A stretch of 32,000 nt of DNA from contig JAFVFD010000002.1 in assembly GCA_017475605.1 (NCBI GenBank), forward strand, positions 199,432-231,431, written 5' to 3'. The DNA comes from Alphaproteobacteria bacterium (lineage in GTDB: Bacteria > Pseudomonadota > Alphaproteobacteria > Rs-D84). Positions within the stretch are counted from its first letter, which is position 1. The number at the start of each line of letters is the position of its first letter. Shown here in pieces: positions 22,362 to 31,387 of the stretch. The translations under genes and the position numbers were made by a program. Under the pieces are notes generated by a model. That model searched no databases. It was not told where the DNA came from and saw nothing but the letters and a program-made list of their open reading frames with translations.

Positions 22362-24134
22362 TTATTTAATGACAATATCGTGGAATATTTCCGCTGGTAT
22401 TGTTCCACCTGTTATTTTTGACGACATTGGTGTAAAATCATCGTTACCGACCCATACACCAATTACATATTTATCTGTTGCACCAACAAACCACGCATCG
22501 CGATTGTTATTACTGGTCCCGGTTTTCCCGCCCAGCACCCCCGATGCCGCCGCCCGATGTCCCGTTCCCCCCGGTGCCACAACATCAGACAACAATTCCG
22601 TCATATATCCAACCGTTTCCGTCGTCAAAACCAAAATCGGTTCCGATGGGTTCCGTTCATAAACTATATTTCCAGCGGCATCTGTAATTTTTGTAATAGA
22701 ATAAGGCCGCACCGATTCCCCATTATTCCAAATCACCGCATAGATATTTGTTAAATCCAACAACGACATCTCTGACGCACCCAAAACGGTTGAATATTCG
22801 CGCCGCAACTTTGTCCCGACACCCAAGCGGCCCGCCATATTTAACACAGAATCAATACCATATGTTTCCGTCAGTTTTAGTGGCACCGAATTCACACTTT
22901 TCGCAAATGCGGTTGCCAATGTTATATCACCATAATAACGTTCATTATAGTTTTTAGGGTTATAGTCCCCAATTGCGAACGGCGAATCATTAACATAGGA
23001 ATCGGGGCGAATACCATTTTCCAATGCCACCAAATATACAACGGGCTTAAACGCGGAACCCGGCTGGCGCGGGGCTGTTACACGATTAAATTGACTGGTC
23101 TGATAATCGGCACCACCCGACATCGCCCGAATCGCACCATCATGATTCATCGCGACAACTGCGCCCTGATATTCCCCGACACGATTCGCCAAGACGCGCG
23201 CCACATGTTCCTGTAACGGCATATCCATGGTTGTATAAACATAAAGGTCAGATTCAAATGTACCGATGCGGGAACGCACCTCGTCCAAAACAAAGTCCGT
23301 CCAATAGCGATATTTGTTTGTATCGGGTGCGGGCGTTGCGGGTCCCAACTGCTTTGCGGCCACACGTGCATCGTTAATATCAACATAACCCTGGCGCACC
23401 ATTTCAGTTAAAATGGTCCGCGCACGCGTAATATTTTTTTCAGGATTTTTCAATGGACTGTATGTTGTTGGTGCCTTTAACATCGCGGCGATTTGCGCGG
23501 CCTGGGCCAATGTTAGTTTTTCTGCGGGCACCTGAAACATAACGCGCGCGGCGGCATCAATTCCACGCATTCCCCCAACCAGCGACACACGATTCATATA
23601 CAAATCAAGAATCTGGTTTTTATCAAACCGGTTTTCCAACCAATAAGACAAAATCAATTCTTGAACCTTGCGCGAAATCTTTTTTTCACGCGACAAGAAA
23701 ATATTTTTAGCGGTCTGTTGCGTAATTGATGAACCACCGGCGGCAAATTGTCCCCGAAACATATTTACAATTAACGCACGCAACACCCCGCGCGAATCAA
23801 CCGGGCCATGTTCGAAAAAACGTTTATCTTCGATTGCGACAATCGCCTGCCACACATATGGTGGTAATTTTTCAACCGATACCGGCGCACCCATAATACG
23901 ATTAGTTGCCCGAATTTCATTTCCGTTCCTGTCCATGAACATGATTGCGGGCGCACGCGTTTCATGTAAAATCGCGTCCAGCGACGGCATTTTAAGATAA
24001 ATTACCGCAACATAACCCGCCACCGCCACCATTCCAACCAGGCACAAATTAAACAAATACACGACAATGCGCCAACGAAACGATGGACGCGATTTCTCGT
24101 TATTTTTTTTATCATCAATATTGCGGGACAACAT
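22362..24134 (-). CDS. class A penicillin-binding protein (glycosyltransferase plus transpeptidase), 590 aa
   Basis: GT51 motif EDKRFFEHGP and transpeptidase motifs GSAFKP (SxxK), SVN (SxN) and KTGTS (KTG), with an N-terminal TM anchor. Confidence 0.92.
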   Translation of the reverse strand: MLSRNIDDKKNNEKSRPSFRWRIVVYLFNLCLVGMVAVAGYVAVIYLKMPSLDAILHETRAPAIMFMDRNGNEIRATNRIMGAPVSVEKLPPYVWQAIVAIEDKRFFEHGPVDSRGVLRALIVNMFRGQFAAGGSSITQQTAKNIFLSREKKISRKVQELILSYWLENRFDKNQILDLYMNRVSLVGGMRGIDAAARVMFQVPAEKLTLAQAAQIAAMLKAPTTYSPLKNPEKNITRARTILTEMVRQGYVDINDARVAAKQLGPATPAPDTNKYRYWTDFVLDEVRSRIGTFESDLYVYTTMDMPLQEHVARVLANRVGEYQGAVVAMNHDGAIRAMSGGADYQTSQFNRVTAPRQPGSAFKPVVYLVALENGIRPDSYVNDSPFAIGDYNPKNYNERYYGDITLATAFAKSVNSVPLKLTETYGIDSVLNMAGRLGVGTKLRREYSTVLGASEMSLLDLTNIYAVIWNNGESVRPYSITKITDAAGNIVYERNPSEPILVLTTETVGYMTELLSDVVAPGGTGHRAAASGVLGGKTGTSNNNRDAWFVGATDKYVIGVWVGNDDFTPMSSKITGGTIPAEIFHDIVIK

Positions 24135-24151
24135 ATATTCCTTTCCTGTAA

Positions 24152-24160
24152 ATTATAACA
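24152..24160 (-). promoter_or_regulatory. extended -10 promoter element TGTTATAAT upstream of the PBP gene
   Basis: The minus strand reads AAATTTGTGTTATAAT. GGAAAGGAA RBS and the ATG at 24134 follow. Confidence 0.5.
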
Positions 24161-24168
24161 CAAATTTC

Positions 24169-24198
24169 TTGCCTTTGCATACAGTTTATAAGTATAAT
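24169..24198 (+). promoter_or_regulatory. sigma70-type promoter (TTGCCT-N18-TATAAT) for the OMP gene at 24227
   Basis: TTGCCT at 24169-24174 and TATAAT at 24193-24198. GGGGGAAAGG RBS precedes the ATG. Confidence 0.55.
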
Positions 24199-24226
24199 TT
24201 ACAACAATTATCTATGGGGGAAAGGT

Positions 24227-24916
24227 ATGAAGAAAATATCATTTTTATTATTGGGTATGATTATTGCGATGCCCGCATTCGCGAACGAATACGGCGAATA
24301 TTCGGAATCTTATAACGAAGAATCATATACAACTTATGCGCCCGACTATGACGACACACCGACCGAAACGATTACCACACGCACATCGGAACGCGCCCGC
24401 GACACATATGCCGGTTTCCGCATTCATAAAAACGAACATATTGCATTTGACTATGATATTCACAATGTCGGCAACACGACGGTAAAAAATGATAACTTTG
24501 GATTTGGTTTGAATATTGGCAATCGTTTAACAGATAATGTAAAACTTGAATTCGAAACATTGTATACCGGCACATCGACGACAAAAAATTCTGTCGATTA
24601 TAATTTTGATGTCTGGTCGAATTTGTTAAATGTTTATATTTATAAAAACTTTGGTGGTGCGGTTGAACCATATTTTGGTGTTGGTCTGGGATTCAGTGGC
24701 CTGTGGTCCGATATAAACAATACCCACGACAGCGGTTTTGAATTATCGTTCGCGGCAATGGCTGGGGTTAATTTCGCATTAAATAAATATGTCGATTTGA
24801 ACCTGGGGCTGCGCTATGTGGACTATGGCAAAATCGGACACGAAAATGCCACGACCAAGATTGATGCAACCGAAATCTATATCGGTGCCGCATATAAATT
24901 CGGATTGTTTGATTAA
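24227..24916 (+). CDS. small outer-membrane beta-barrel protein (OmpA-barrel / opacity-like family)
   Basis: Signal peptide MKKISFLLLGMIIAMPAFA. Strands such as AGVNFALNKYVDLNLGLRYVDYG and EIYIGAAYKF are typical of 8-stranded OMP barrels. Confidence 0.8.
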   Translation: MKKISFLLLGMIIAMPAFANEYGEYSESYNEESYTTYAPDYDDTPTETITTRTSERARDTYAGFRIHKNEHIAFDYDIHNVGNTTVKNDNFGFGLNIGNRLTDNVKLEFETLYTGTSTTKNSVDYNFDVWSNLLNVYIYKNFGGAVEPYFGVGLGFSGLWSDINNTHDSGFELSFAAMAGVNFALNKYVDLNLGLRYVDYGKIGHENATTKIDATEIYIGAAYKFGLFD

Positions 24917-24928
24917 AAACGTTACTCA

Positions 24929-24962
24929 AAAAAAACACCGCCCAAATGGGCGGTAATTTTTA
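24929..24962. terminator. bidirectional intrinsic terminator between convergent OMP and DUF805 genes
   Basis: A-run, ACCGCCC (24937-24943), loop AAAT, GGGCGGT (24948-24954), then AATTTTTAT. Confidence 0.8.
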
Positions 24963-25544
24963 TTTATTATTTTTATGGTATTTGTTTCCTGCGACAACCG
25001 TTGGCAATAATGCGACAATAAGACCAATCCCCGGGCCATACACCCACGATTCATCCACACAGGCCGGCGCAATACTTAACACATACAGCACCCACAGCCA
25101 TGCCGACAAACCCGCATCATGCATACGGCGTGTCATCATTGAAATTGCCGGTATAACCATCGCGATTATATACACCACCAATGCTACACAAATCATACCA
25201 GACAATAACGCAGGGTGTCCCCACATTTCCCCTTCTATCAAAGATGCCAGACACAATAATATTGTCCCCAGTGTCAAAACAATTACATTACCAATCCATG
25301 ATAACCAATATTCTGAACGCGATGATGTCCCCGACCATTCACAATAGCCGCGCCGCCAAAATGCGCGCCACGCGGACCAAATACCCGTATGTTTCACACT
25401 GGCACCGCACCCACATCCGCATGTGCATTCGCCACCATTATGGCATGGGCAATTTGCCCCACAATCGCACCCACATGGGCATACGTCTTTCTTGACAACC
25501 GTTTTCTTTGTAACTTTTTTAACTGATTTTTTCACTGTTGGCAT
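24960..25544 (-). CDS. DUF805 (YhaH-like) inner-membrane protein with N-terminal Lys-rich and metallothionein-like Cys-cluster extension
   Basis: DUF805 hallmarks RSEYW and RRMHDAGLSAW, with 4 TM helices. The N-terminus is KKSVKKVTKKTVVKK followed by CPCGCDCGANCPCHNGGECTCGCGCG, which carries 10 Cys (25407-25481). Confidence 0.8.
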   Translation of the reverse strand: MPTVKKSVKKVTKKTVVKKDVCPCGCDCGANCPCHNGGECTCGCGCGASVKHTGIWSAWRAFWRRGYCEWSGTSSRSEYWLSWIGNVIVLTLGTILLCLASLIEGEMWGHPALLSGMICVALVVYIIAMVIPAISMMTRRMHDAGLSAWLWVLYVLSIAPACVDESWVYGPGIGLIVALLPTVVAGNKYHKNNK

Positions 25545-25575
25545 TTTATTTCCTTTTTTACTTTATGTCCTGGGA

Positions 25576-25584
25576 ATTATATCA
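25576..25584 (-). promoter_or_regulatory. extended -10 promoter element TGATATAAT upstream of the DUF805 gene
   Basis: The minus strand reads TTTTATGATATAAT. AAGGA RBS and the ATG at 25544 follow. Confidence 0.45.
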
Positions 25585-25602
25585 TAAAACAAACAATAAA
25601 TA

Positions 25603-25630
25603 AATAAAAAACCGCCCGATTGGGCGGTAT
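25603..25630 (-). terminator. intrinsic terminator after rpsU
   Basis: The minus-strand transcript reads ACCGCCC-AATC-GGGCGGT followed by TTTTTTATTT. Confidence 0.85.
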
Positions 25631-25633
25631 GAA

Positions 25634-25840
25634 TTAGAATCCGAATACCATACGCTGTTTTGATTGACGTTTCTTTTCGTTGCGAACGGCTTCTTCTTTT
25701 AAACGTTTGCGTTTTGTTGTTGGTTTTTCATAACGCTGACGTTCTTTCATTTCGCGATACAGACCTTCTTTCTGCGATTTACGTTTTGCAACACGCAATG
25801 CCTGTTCAACATTATTGTCGCGAACCAGAACCTTTACCAT
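25634..25840 (-). CDS. rpsU: 30S ribosomal protein S21
   Basis: [40 protein letters not shown] matches the S21 family (alpha-proteobacterial type). A strong RBS AAGGGGGTGA is present. Confidence 0.93.
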   Translation of the reverse strand: MVKVLVRDNNVEQALRVAKRKSQKEGLYREMKERQRYEKPTTKRKRLKEEAVRNEKKRQSKQRMVFGF

Positions 25841-25891
25841 ATATAATTCACCCCCTTTGGCGAACTTGTATTTCTTTTATTGTTAATGTTT

Positions 25892-25967
25892 TGGTGGAGC
25901 TGATCAGACTCGAACTGACGACCCCCTGCTTGCAAAGCAGGTGCTCTACCAACTGAGCTACAACCCC
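25892..25967 (-). tRNA. tRNA-Ala (anticodon UGC), 76 nt with encoded CCA
   Basis: The reverse complement is GGGGTTGTAGCTCAGTTGGTAGAGCACCTGCTTTGCAAGCAGGGGGTCGTCAGTTCGAGTCTGATCAGCTCCACCA. It folds as a cloverleaf by hand, with anticodon loop TTTGCAA and the G3:U70 Ala identity pair. Confidence 0.93.
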
Positions 25968-25989
25968 AAAACTCTTTGAAAGCCCACTT

Positions 25990-26018
25990 ATCTTATATTT
26001 ATTTCAACCAAAAGTCAA
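25990..26018 (-). promoter_or_regulatory. sigma70-type promoter (TTGACT-N17-TAAGAT) upstream of tRNA-Ala and rpsU
   Basis: On the minus strand, TTGACT is at 26018-26013, the spacer is 17 nt, and TAAGAT is at 25995-25990. I saw no separate promoter between the tRNA and rpsU. Confidence 0.5.
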
Positions 26019-26087
26019 ATACTTTGTGCGCTTGATTTTATATGTGCCATCGGCTACCCTTTTCTTGCTTAATAAAAAGGTATATTT

Positions 26088-27167
26088 ATGATAACGCTTT
26101 TTATGTTCGCATGTGTATGGATATGTACGGCACATGGTCTTAAATCGTCCGCCATACTTACCTATGCGTTCTTTTTATTTATATTGGCAACGGCTGTCTT
26201 CAACCTAGATTCCGTTTACTTGTTGCCAATCGTGGTAATTTATGCCGCATTCGCAATTGTTGGTATAATGACCCCATGGTCACGCATCGAAGGCGATAAA
26301 CCACGCAACAGTGTAAAACGGTGGTGGAAACATCCGCGTGAATTGTTCGGCTATCGCATTGTTAATGTGTTGCTGTTTTTTGCGCCATTACCGGTATTGT
26401 CGTGGATTGGTGGAACTGTACTGGGGCTGGTTGGGCCATTACTAAAAAAACGTCAGCGAATAATGTACGACAACCTTAAAAAAATTATGCCGGAAAACGC
26501 AAACAAACGTTTTATGAAACGCGTGTGGACGAATTGGGGACGCGCCTTTGTAGAAGGCCTTAAATTGCCAACCTATCGTCGCAAAATGGACAAATATGTT
26601 ACATTTCGTAATCGTGCGTTATTTTTCCAAAATCAGCAATTTTTGTTGGCTATGCCACATTTTGGATATATGGGGCTTATGTCGTTGGCATTTGTAAACA
26701 GTGAAAAAATCGTCGCCGTTACATACAAGGCGGCCCGCAATCCACTTACCAACGATATTATTTTACACAATTACGGTAATGGCTTTGTCCGCGAAGCACA
26801 CTTTATTCCGGTCGGGAATGCTATTCCGATGGTGCGCGCCCTGCGCGATGGCGAAATATTGAACATCAATTCAGATCAACGTTTTCATGGCGCACCATAT
26901 ATTGACTTTATGGGTGTTCCAGCAAAGACATCAACTGGCATCGCCCAATTGGCACGCAAATTCAACCTGCCTATCTTATTGGGGCATGTTGAACGCACAC
27001 ATGGTGCGCATCATATATTGGCGTTTGACGAAATCGTTAATGTTCCGCATACCGACGATGCCGCCGCCGATGAATTGAATGGTATGAAAATGGTAAACGA
27101 TGCGATGGGACGCATCATTAAAAGCAAGCCTGACGAATACTTGTGGATGCACAGACGTTGGGCATAA
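26088..27167 (+). CDS. lpxL: lipid A biosynthesis late (lauroyl/myristoyl-type) acyltransferase family protein with extended multi-TM N-terminus
   Basis: It aligns to E. coli LpxL from memory: FLLAMPHFGYMGLMS versus ILLVGIHFLTLELGA, TYKAARNPLTND versus VYRPNDNPLIDW, and C-terminal EYLWMHRRW versus EQYMWLHRRF. It lies directly upstream of msbA. Confidence 0.78.
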   Translation: MITLFMFACVWICTAHGLKSSAILTYAFFLFILATAVFNLDSVYLLPIVVIYAAFAIVGIMTPWSRIEGDKPRNSVKRWWKHPRELFGYRIVNVLLFFAPLPVLSWIGGTVLGLVGPLLKKRQRIMYDNLKKIMPENANKRFMKRVWTNWGRAFVEGLKLPTYRRKMDKYVTFRNRALFFQNQQFLLAMPHFGYMGLMSLAFVNSEKIVAVTYKAARNPLTNDIILHNYGNGFVREAHFIPVGNAIPMVRALRDGEILNINSDQRFHGAPYIDFMGVPAKTSTGIAQLARKFNLPILLGHVERTHGAHHILAFDEIVNVPHTDDAAADELNGMKMVNDAMGRIIKSKPDEYLWMHRRWA

Positions 27168-27187
27168 AAAACGGAAAGAGAAAAACA

Positions 27188-28999
27188 ATGGCAAACTTGA
27201 TTAACAAAATAAAAAATCTTTTCACTAAACACGATGATGATGTTGATGCAGGCCGTGTTAAATGGTCGCTTTATTGGCGTGTATGGCGTGAAATTGGTAT
27301 TCCACAGTTAAAATGGCTTATTGCCGGTGTTGTGGCCACCGTTTTGGCGGCATCCGCCGAAGCGTACACAATTACCCTGGTCCAGCAGGTTGTTGATAAA
27401 GCGTTCATTGAAAAATCAATGGCGGCTATCTATTTCCTGGGGGTACAAATCATCATCGCCTACGGATTAAAAGGTGTCTTTACCTATGCCAAGGCCCTTA
27501 TTATGTCCAAGGGCGGATTAATTGCCTATGCCCGCCTGCAACGTCGCATTTATGACCACATGGTTCATATGAATCTGGCGCGGTTTTATGGCGACGGAAT
27601 CGGCAAAAACTTGAACTATTTTACGGTACAATCGGGGGCGGTATTGTCCCTGGTTACGACTGCGGTGGTCCAGTTTATTCAAAACCTGGCAACATTGGCA
27701 ATGACCTTAGCATTAATGATTTATTATGCCCCACAAATGTGTGTTGTGTTATTATTCTTGGTACCGGCATTGTTGATTCCAATGGCGGTGATTATGCGTC
27801 GCAAACGCAAATTGTCGCGTCGCGGATTTAAAATCGCCAACGATGTTTCACAATGCCTTAACCAGACATTACGCGGAATAAAAACTATTCAATCTTTTGC
27901 CACCGAAAAACGCGAATTGAATAACTTTACAACCGTTCTGGAAAAATCAAACATCAACGCATATAAAAACACCCAGGCCGGCGCGTTGCGTTCACCATTG
28001 ATGGAGTTTATGATTTCCATTGGGCTTTGTATCGCGATGATTATGGGTGGCCATTTTATTACCAGTGGAGCAATCACAACCGGTGATTTTACAGCATTCT
28101 TGTTGGCATTGACCGCGGCATACAAACCGGCAAAAAGCATTAGTGGCACCGGCGAATCAATGCAGCATGGTATTTTGGCGGCGGAAATATTGTTTGAATT
28201 CCTGGACAGCAAACCAGATATTGTTGATGCCCCGGACGCGCGCGATTTGACGGCCAAAAATCTGTCGGTTGATTTCAACCATGTGTCGTTCGCATATAAT
28301 GAAAACGAGCCCGTCTTACGCGATATCGATTTTCATGTTCCCGCCGGCACAGTATGCGCATTTGTCGGCGAATCAGGTGGCGGGAAAACAACTATGTTTA
28401 ATTTGATTCAACGTTTTTATGACCCGCAAAGTGGTAAAATCGCAATCAACCGTACCGATATTAAAAAGTATACATTACATTCGTTGCGTAAAAGCATATC
28501 GGAAGTATCCCAAGATGTATTTTTATTCAACGACACCATCGAAGAAAACATTAAATACGGCCGTCCAGATGCCACACACGAAGAAGTTGTTGCGGCGGCA
28601 CGCGCGGCAAACGCACACGATTTCATTATGGAATTTGCGGACGGTTATAATTCATCTGTCGGCGAAGGTGGCGGTTTACTGTCGGGCGGACAAAAACAAA
28701 GAATTGCGATTGCACGCGCAATATTAAAAGATGCCCCTATTCTGCTTATGGACGAGGCTACATCGGCCCTGGACACACAAAGTGAAAAGTTAATTCAATC
28801 GGCATTAACCGATTTAATGCGGGGTCGCACGACATTTGTTATCGCACACCGTCTGTCCACAATTTTGGATGCAGATATGATTTGTGTTATCAAGGATGGC
28901 CAGATTATTGAGCGCGGAACCGATGCAGAATTATGCGCATTGGGTGGCGAATACAAACGGCTGCGCGATATTCAATTCAAAACAAAAAGCAAAAAATAA
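27188..28999 (+). CDS. msbA: lipid A / lipid exporter ABC transporter MsbA-like (fused permease/ATPase)
   Basis: The ORF-track start at 27143 is a GTG inside lpxL, so I use the ATG at 27188 (MANLINK). Walker A GESGGGKTT, signature LSGGQKQR and Walker B ILLMDEATSALD are present. Position after lpxL supports the call. Confidence 0.85.
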   Translation: MANLINKIKNLFTKHDDDVDAGRVKWSLYWRVWREIGIPQLKWLIAGVVATVLAASAEAYTITLVQQVVDKAFIEKSMAAIYFLGVQIIIAYGLKGVFTYAKALIMSKGGLIAYARLQRRIYDHMVHMNLARFYGDGIGKNLNYFTVQSGAVLSLVTTAVVQFIQNLATLAMTLALMIYYAPQMCVVLLFLVPALLIPMAVIMRRKRKLSRRGFKIANDVSQCLNQTLRGIKTIQSFATEKRELNNFTTVLEKSNINAYKNTQAGALRSPLMEFMISIGLCIAMIMGGHFITSGAITTGDFTAFLLALTAAYKPAKSISGTGESMQHGILAAEILFEFLDSKPDIVDAPDARDLTAKNLSVDFNHVSFAYNENEPVLRDIDFHVPAGTVCAFVGESGGGKTTMFNLIQRFYDPQSGKIAINRTDIKKYTLHSLRKSISEVSQDVFLFNDTIEENIKYGRPDATHEEVVAAARAANAHDFIMEFADGYNSSVGEGGGLLSGGQKQRIAIARAILKDAPILLMDEATSALDTQSEKLIQSALTDLMRGRTTFVIAHRLSTILDADMICVIKDGQIIERGTDAELCALGGEYKRLRDIQFKTKSKK

Positions 29000-29014
29000 A
29001 AACGGGAAACGCCT

Positions 29015-29275
29015 ATGCAACATAATTACAGTTTTGTTCAGACGCATCAGTATATAAAAGGCATCGCTCCGGTTTATAAAATAAAAAAACCTTTGCACTT
29101 GGGTTCACAATGGTCAAACCTGGTGCCAAGAAGCAATCTGGGTAATTTTTTGCATTTCTTGTATGACACAGAAGACAAGTTCGGCATATCGTTATCGTAT
29201 CGCACACACAATGTCAAAACCGTTCGTGATTTTGTTTTGCTGGTGCACAGTTTATCACACAATAAAACAAAATAA
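29015..29275 (+). CDS. hypothetical small protein (86 aa), weakly supported
   Basis: This is the only ORF on the transcribed strand between the msbA stop and the first terminator. Its stop abuts the terminator stem. The RBS is weak (GGGAAAC), the region is AT-rich, and no family was recognised. It could equally be a 3' UTR. Confidence 0.3.
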   Translation: MQHNYSFVQTHQYIKGIAPVYKIKKPLHLGSQWSNLVPRSNLGNFLHFLYDTEDKFGISLSYRTHNVKTVRDFVLLVHSLSHNKTK

Positions 29276-29300
29276 AAATGGGGCGATTGCCCCATTTTTA
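29274..29300. terminator. bidirectional intrinsic terminator between the msbA unit and convergent clpB
   Basis: AAAAATGGGGC, loop GATT, GCCCCATTTTT. Confidence 0.85.
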
Positions 29301-31355
29301 TTTGACTGTTAGTTCTTTGCCATGGGTGTCAACAACGACGGTTCCGCCATCGCCCACTGCGCCCGACAAAATTAAATCAGCGATTTTATCTTCAACCGCG
29401 GACGTAATAAGCCGTTTCAATGGTCGCGCACCGAATACAGAATCGTATCCATTGTCCGCCAACCAATTGATTGCCTTGTCCGTAATATCCAACGATATGC
29501 GACGTTCCGCCAGGCGTTTTTCAAGGTTTCTAATCTGAATCTTGACAATGCCCGCCATCACATCACGCCCCAGCGCATTAAAGAACACAATTTCATCAAT
29601 ACGATTTATGAATTCAGGACGGAATTGTTTGCGCACCGCATCCATATCCGGCAAATTACTTGTCATAATGATAATTGTGTTTGTAAAGTTCACAACATGC
29701 CCCTGGCCGTCAGTTAAACGCCCATCGTCCAATATTTGTAAAAATACATTGAACACATCTGGATGTGCCTTTTCGATTTCATCGAACAGCAATACCTGAT
29801 ATGGACGGCGACGTACACTTTCGGTCAAAACACCGCCGGCATCATAGCCCACATACCCCGGGGGCGCACCGATTAAACGCGCGACCGAATGCGGTTCCAT
29901 AAATTCACTCATATCAATTCGGGTCATCGCAGTGTCGTCGTTGAACAAATATTCTGCCAAAGCCTTGGCGACTTCGGTTTTACCAACCCCGGTCGGCCCC
30001 AGGAACATAAACGAACCCATTGGACGATGCGGGTCGGACAACCCGGCACGCGACCGGCGAATTGCGCGTGCAACGATTGACAGCGCGTTATCCTGTCCCA
30101 CGACACGTTTGCGCAACTCGTCTTCGATGTTTAATAGTTTAGATTGTTCTTCGACACTTAATCTGTCGGCGGGAACACCGGTCCATTTACTTACCACCGC
30201 GGCGATATGTTCCGGCAAAACGGTCTTGTATTCCTTGGATTCGGCATTCATTTTCTTTATTTTTTCTTCCAGTTCTGGAATCTTGCCGTATTGTAACGCA
30301 GATGCCTTTTCATAATCGCCCGAACGCATAGCGGCGGCAACTTCGGCCTTGGCGGTATCCAGTGCCGCCATCGCATCGGAAAGCCCATGCATTTTTTCCT
30401 GTTCGGCACGCCACGCGGCCGTCATTTTTTCAGATTCCGCGGTCGCATCTGCGATTAACTTTTCCAAATCAACCAAACGTTTTTTAGATTCTTCATCTTT
30501 TTCCTTTTTCAATGCCTGACGTTCTATCTTTAATTGGGCAAGACGATGGTCAACCTCGTCAAGTGCATCTGGCTTTGAAGAAACCTCGATACGAACGCGG
30601 GCGGCGGCTTCATCCATCAAATCAATTGCCTTGTCTGGCAGGAAACGGTCGGTAATATACCGATTCGATAATTTAACGGCCGCAACCAGCGCGCTGTCTG
30701 CGATACGAACACCATGGTGCCCTTCGTATTTTTCTTTTAACCCACGCAAAATTGAAATAGTGTCTTCAACGGTCGGTTCTTCGATATAAACCGGTTGAAA
30801 ACGACGCGCCAACGCGGGATCTTTTTCAATATATTGACGATACTCGTCCAATGTCGTCGCCCCAAGGCAGTGTAATTCACCACGCGCCAACATCGGTTTA
30901 AGCAGGTTTCCAGCATCCATAGAACCTTCGCCCTTGCCGGCACCGACCAACGTGTGTAATTCATCAATAAACAATATGATTTGACCGTTGGAATCTTTGA
31001 CCGCCTTTAAAATCGCTTTAAGGCGCGCTTCAAACTGGCCACGAAACATTGCGCCCGCCATCATTGCACCCAAATCCAGCGACAATAACTTTTTATTTTG
31101 CAGGTTTTCCGGTATATCGCGCGAAATAATGCGTTCCGCCAAACCTTCTATTATTGCGGTTTTACCAACGCCCGGATTCCCAATTAAAACCGGATTGTTT
31201 TTAGTACGACGCGACAACACCTGGATAGTACGACGAATTTCATCATCGCGCCCGATAACCGGGTCCAACTTGCCATCCGCCGCCAATTTTGTAAAATCGG
31301 TCGTATATTTTTCGATTGCCTGTTGCGGTGTTTCATTCATTTCTTCTGGATTCAT
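29298..31355 (-). CDS. clpB: ClpB-type AAA+ disaggregase lacking the N-terminal (Clp_N) domain
   Basis: 685 aa. NBD1 has [10 protein letters not shown] and LFIDELHT. A coiled-coil middle domain is present ([20 protein letters not shown]...). NBD2 has GPTGVGKTE and [10 protein letters not shown]. The protein starts ~20 aa before NBD1, and only ~170 bp of non-coding DNA lie upstream. Confidence 0.93.
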   Translation of the reverse strand: MNPEEMNETPQQAIEKYTTDFTKLAADGKLDPVIGRDDEIRRTIQVLSRRTKNNPVLIGNPGVGKTAIIEGLAERIISRDIPENLQNKKLLSLDLGAMMAGAMFRGQFEARLKAILKAVKDSNGQIILFIDELHTLVGAGKGEGSMDAGNLLKPMLARGELHCLGATTLDEYRQYIEKDPALARRFQPVYIEEPTVEDTISILRGLKEKYEGHHGVRIADSALVAAVKLSNRYITDRFLPDKAIDLMDEAAARVRIEVSSKPDALDEVDHRLAQLKIERQALKKEKDEESKKRLVDLEKLIADATAESEKMTAAWRAEQEKMHGLSDAMAALDTAKAEVAAAMRSGDYEKASALQYGKIPELEEKIKKMNAESKEYKTVLPEHIAAVVSKWTGVPADRLSVEEQSKLLNIEDELRKRVVGQDNALSIVARAIRRSRAGLSDPHRPMGSFMFLGPTGVGKTEVAKALAEYLFNDDTAMTRIDMSEFMEPHSVARLIGAPPGYVGYDAGGVLTESVRRRPYQVLLFDEIEKAHPDVFNVFLQILDDGRLTDGQGHVVNFTNTIIIMTSNLPDMDAVRKQFRPEFINRIDEIVFFNALGRDVMAGIVKIQIRNLEKRLAERRISLDITDKAINWLADNGYDSVFGARPLKRLITSAVEDKIADLILSGAVGDGGTVVVDTHGKELTVK

Positions 31356-31387
31356 AAATCTACCCCCAATACTTTTTTGCTGTTTGT

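Noticed and set aside
24946-25347. 133-codon plus-strand ORF antisense to the DUF805 gene
   Set aside because: It starts inside the terminator at 24929-24962. The minus frame carries unmistakable DUF805 motifs, a promoter and an RBS.
29074-29295. Minus-strand ORFs 29013-29207 and 29074-29295 downstream of clpB
   Set aside because: Their starts lie in or beyond the clpB/msbA bidirectional terminator, with no promoter or RBS. The products are Cys/Lys/Leu-rich and look non-proteinaceous.
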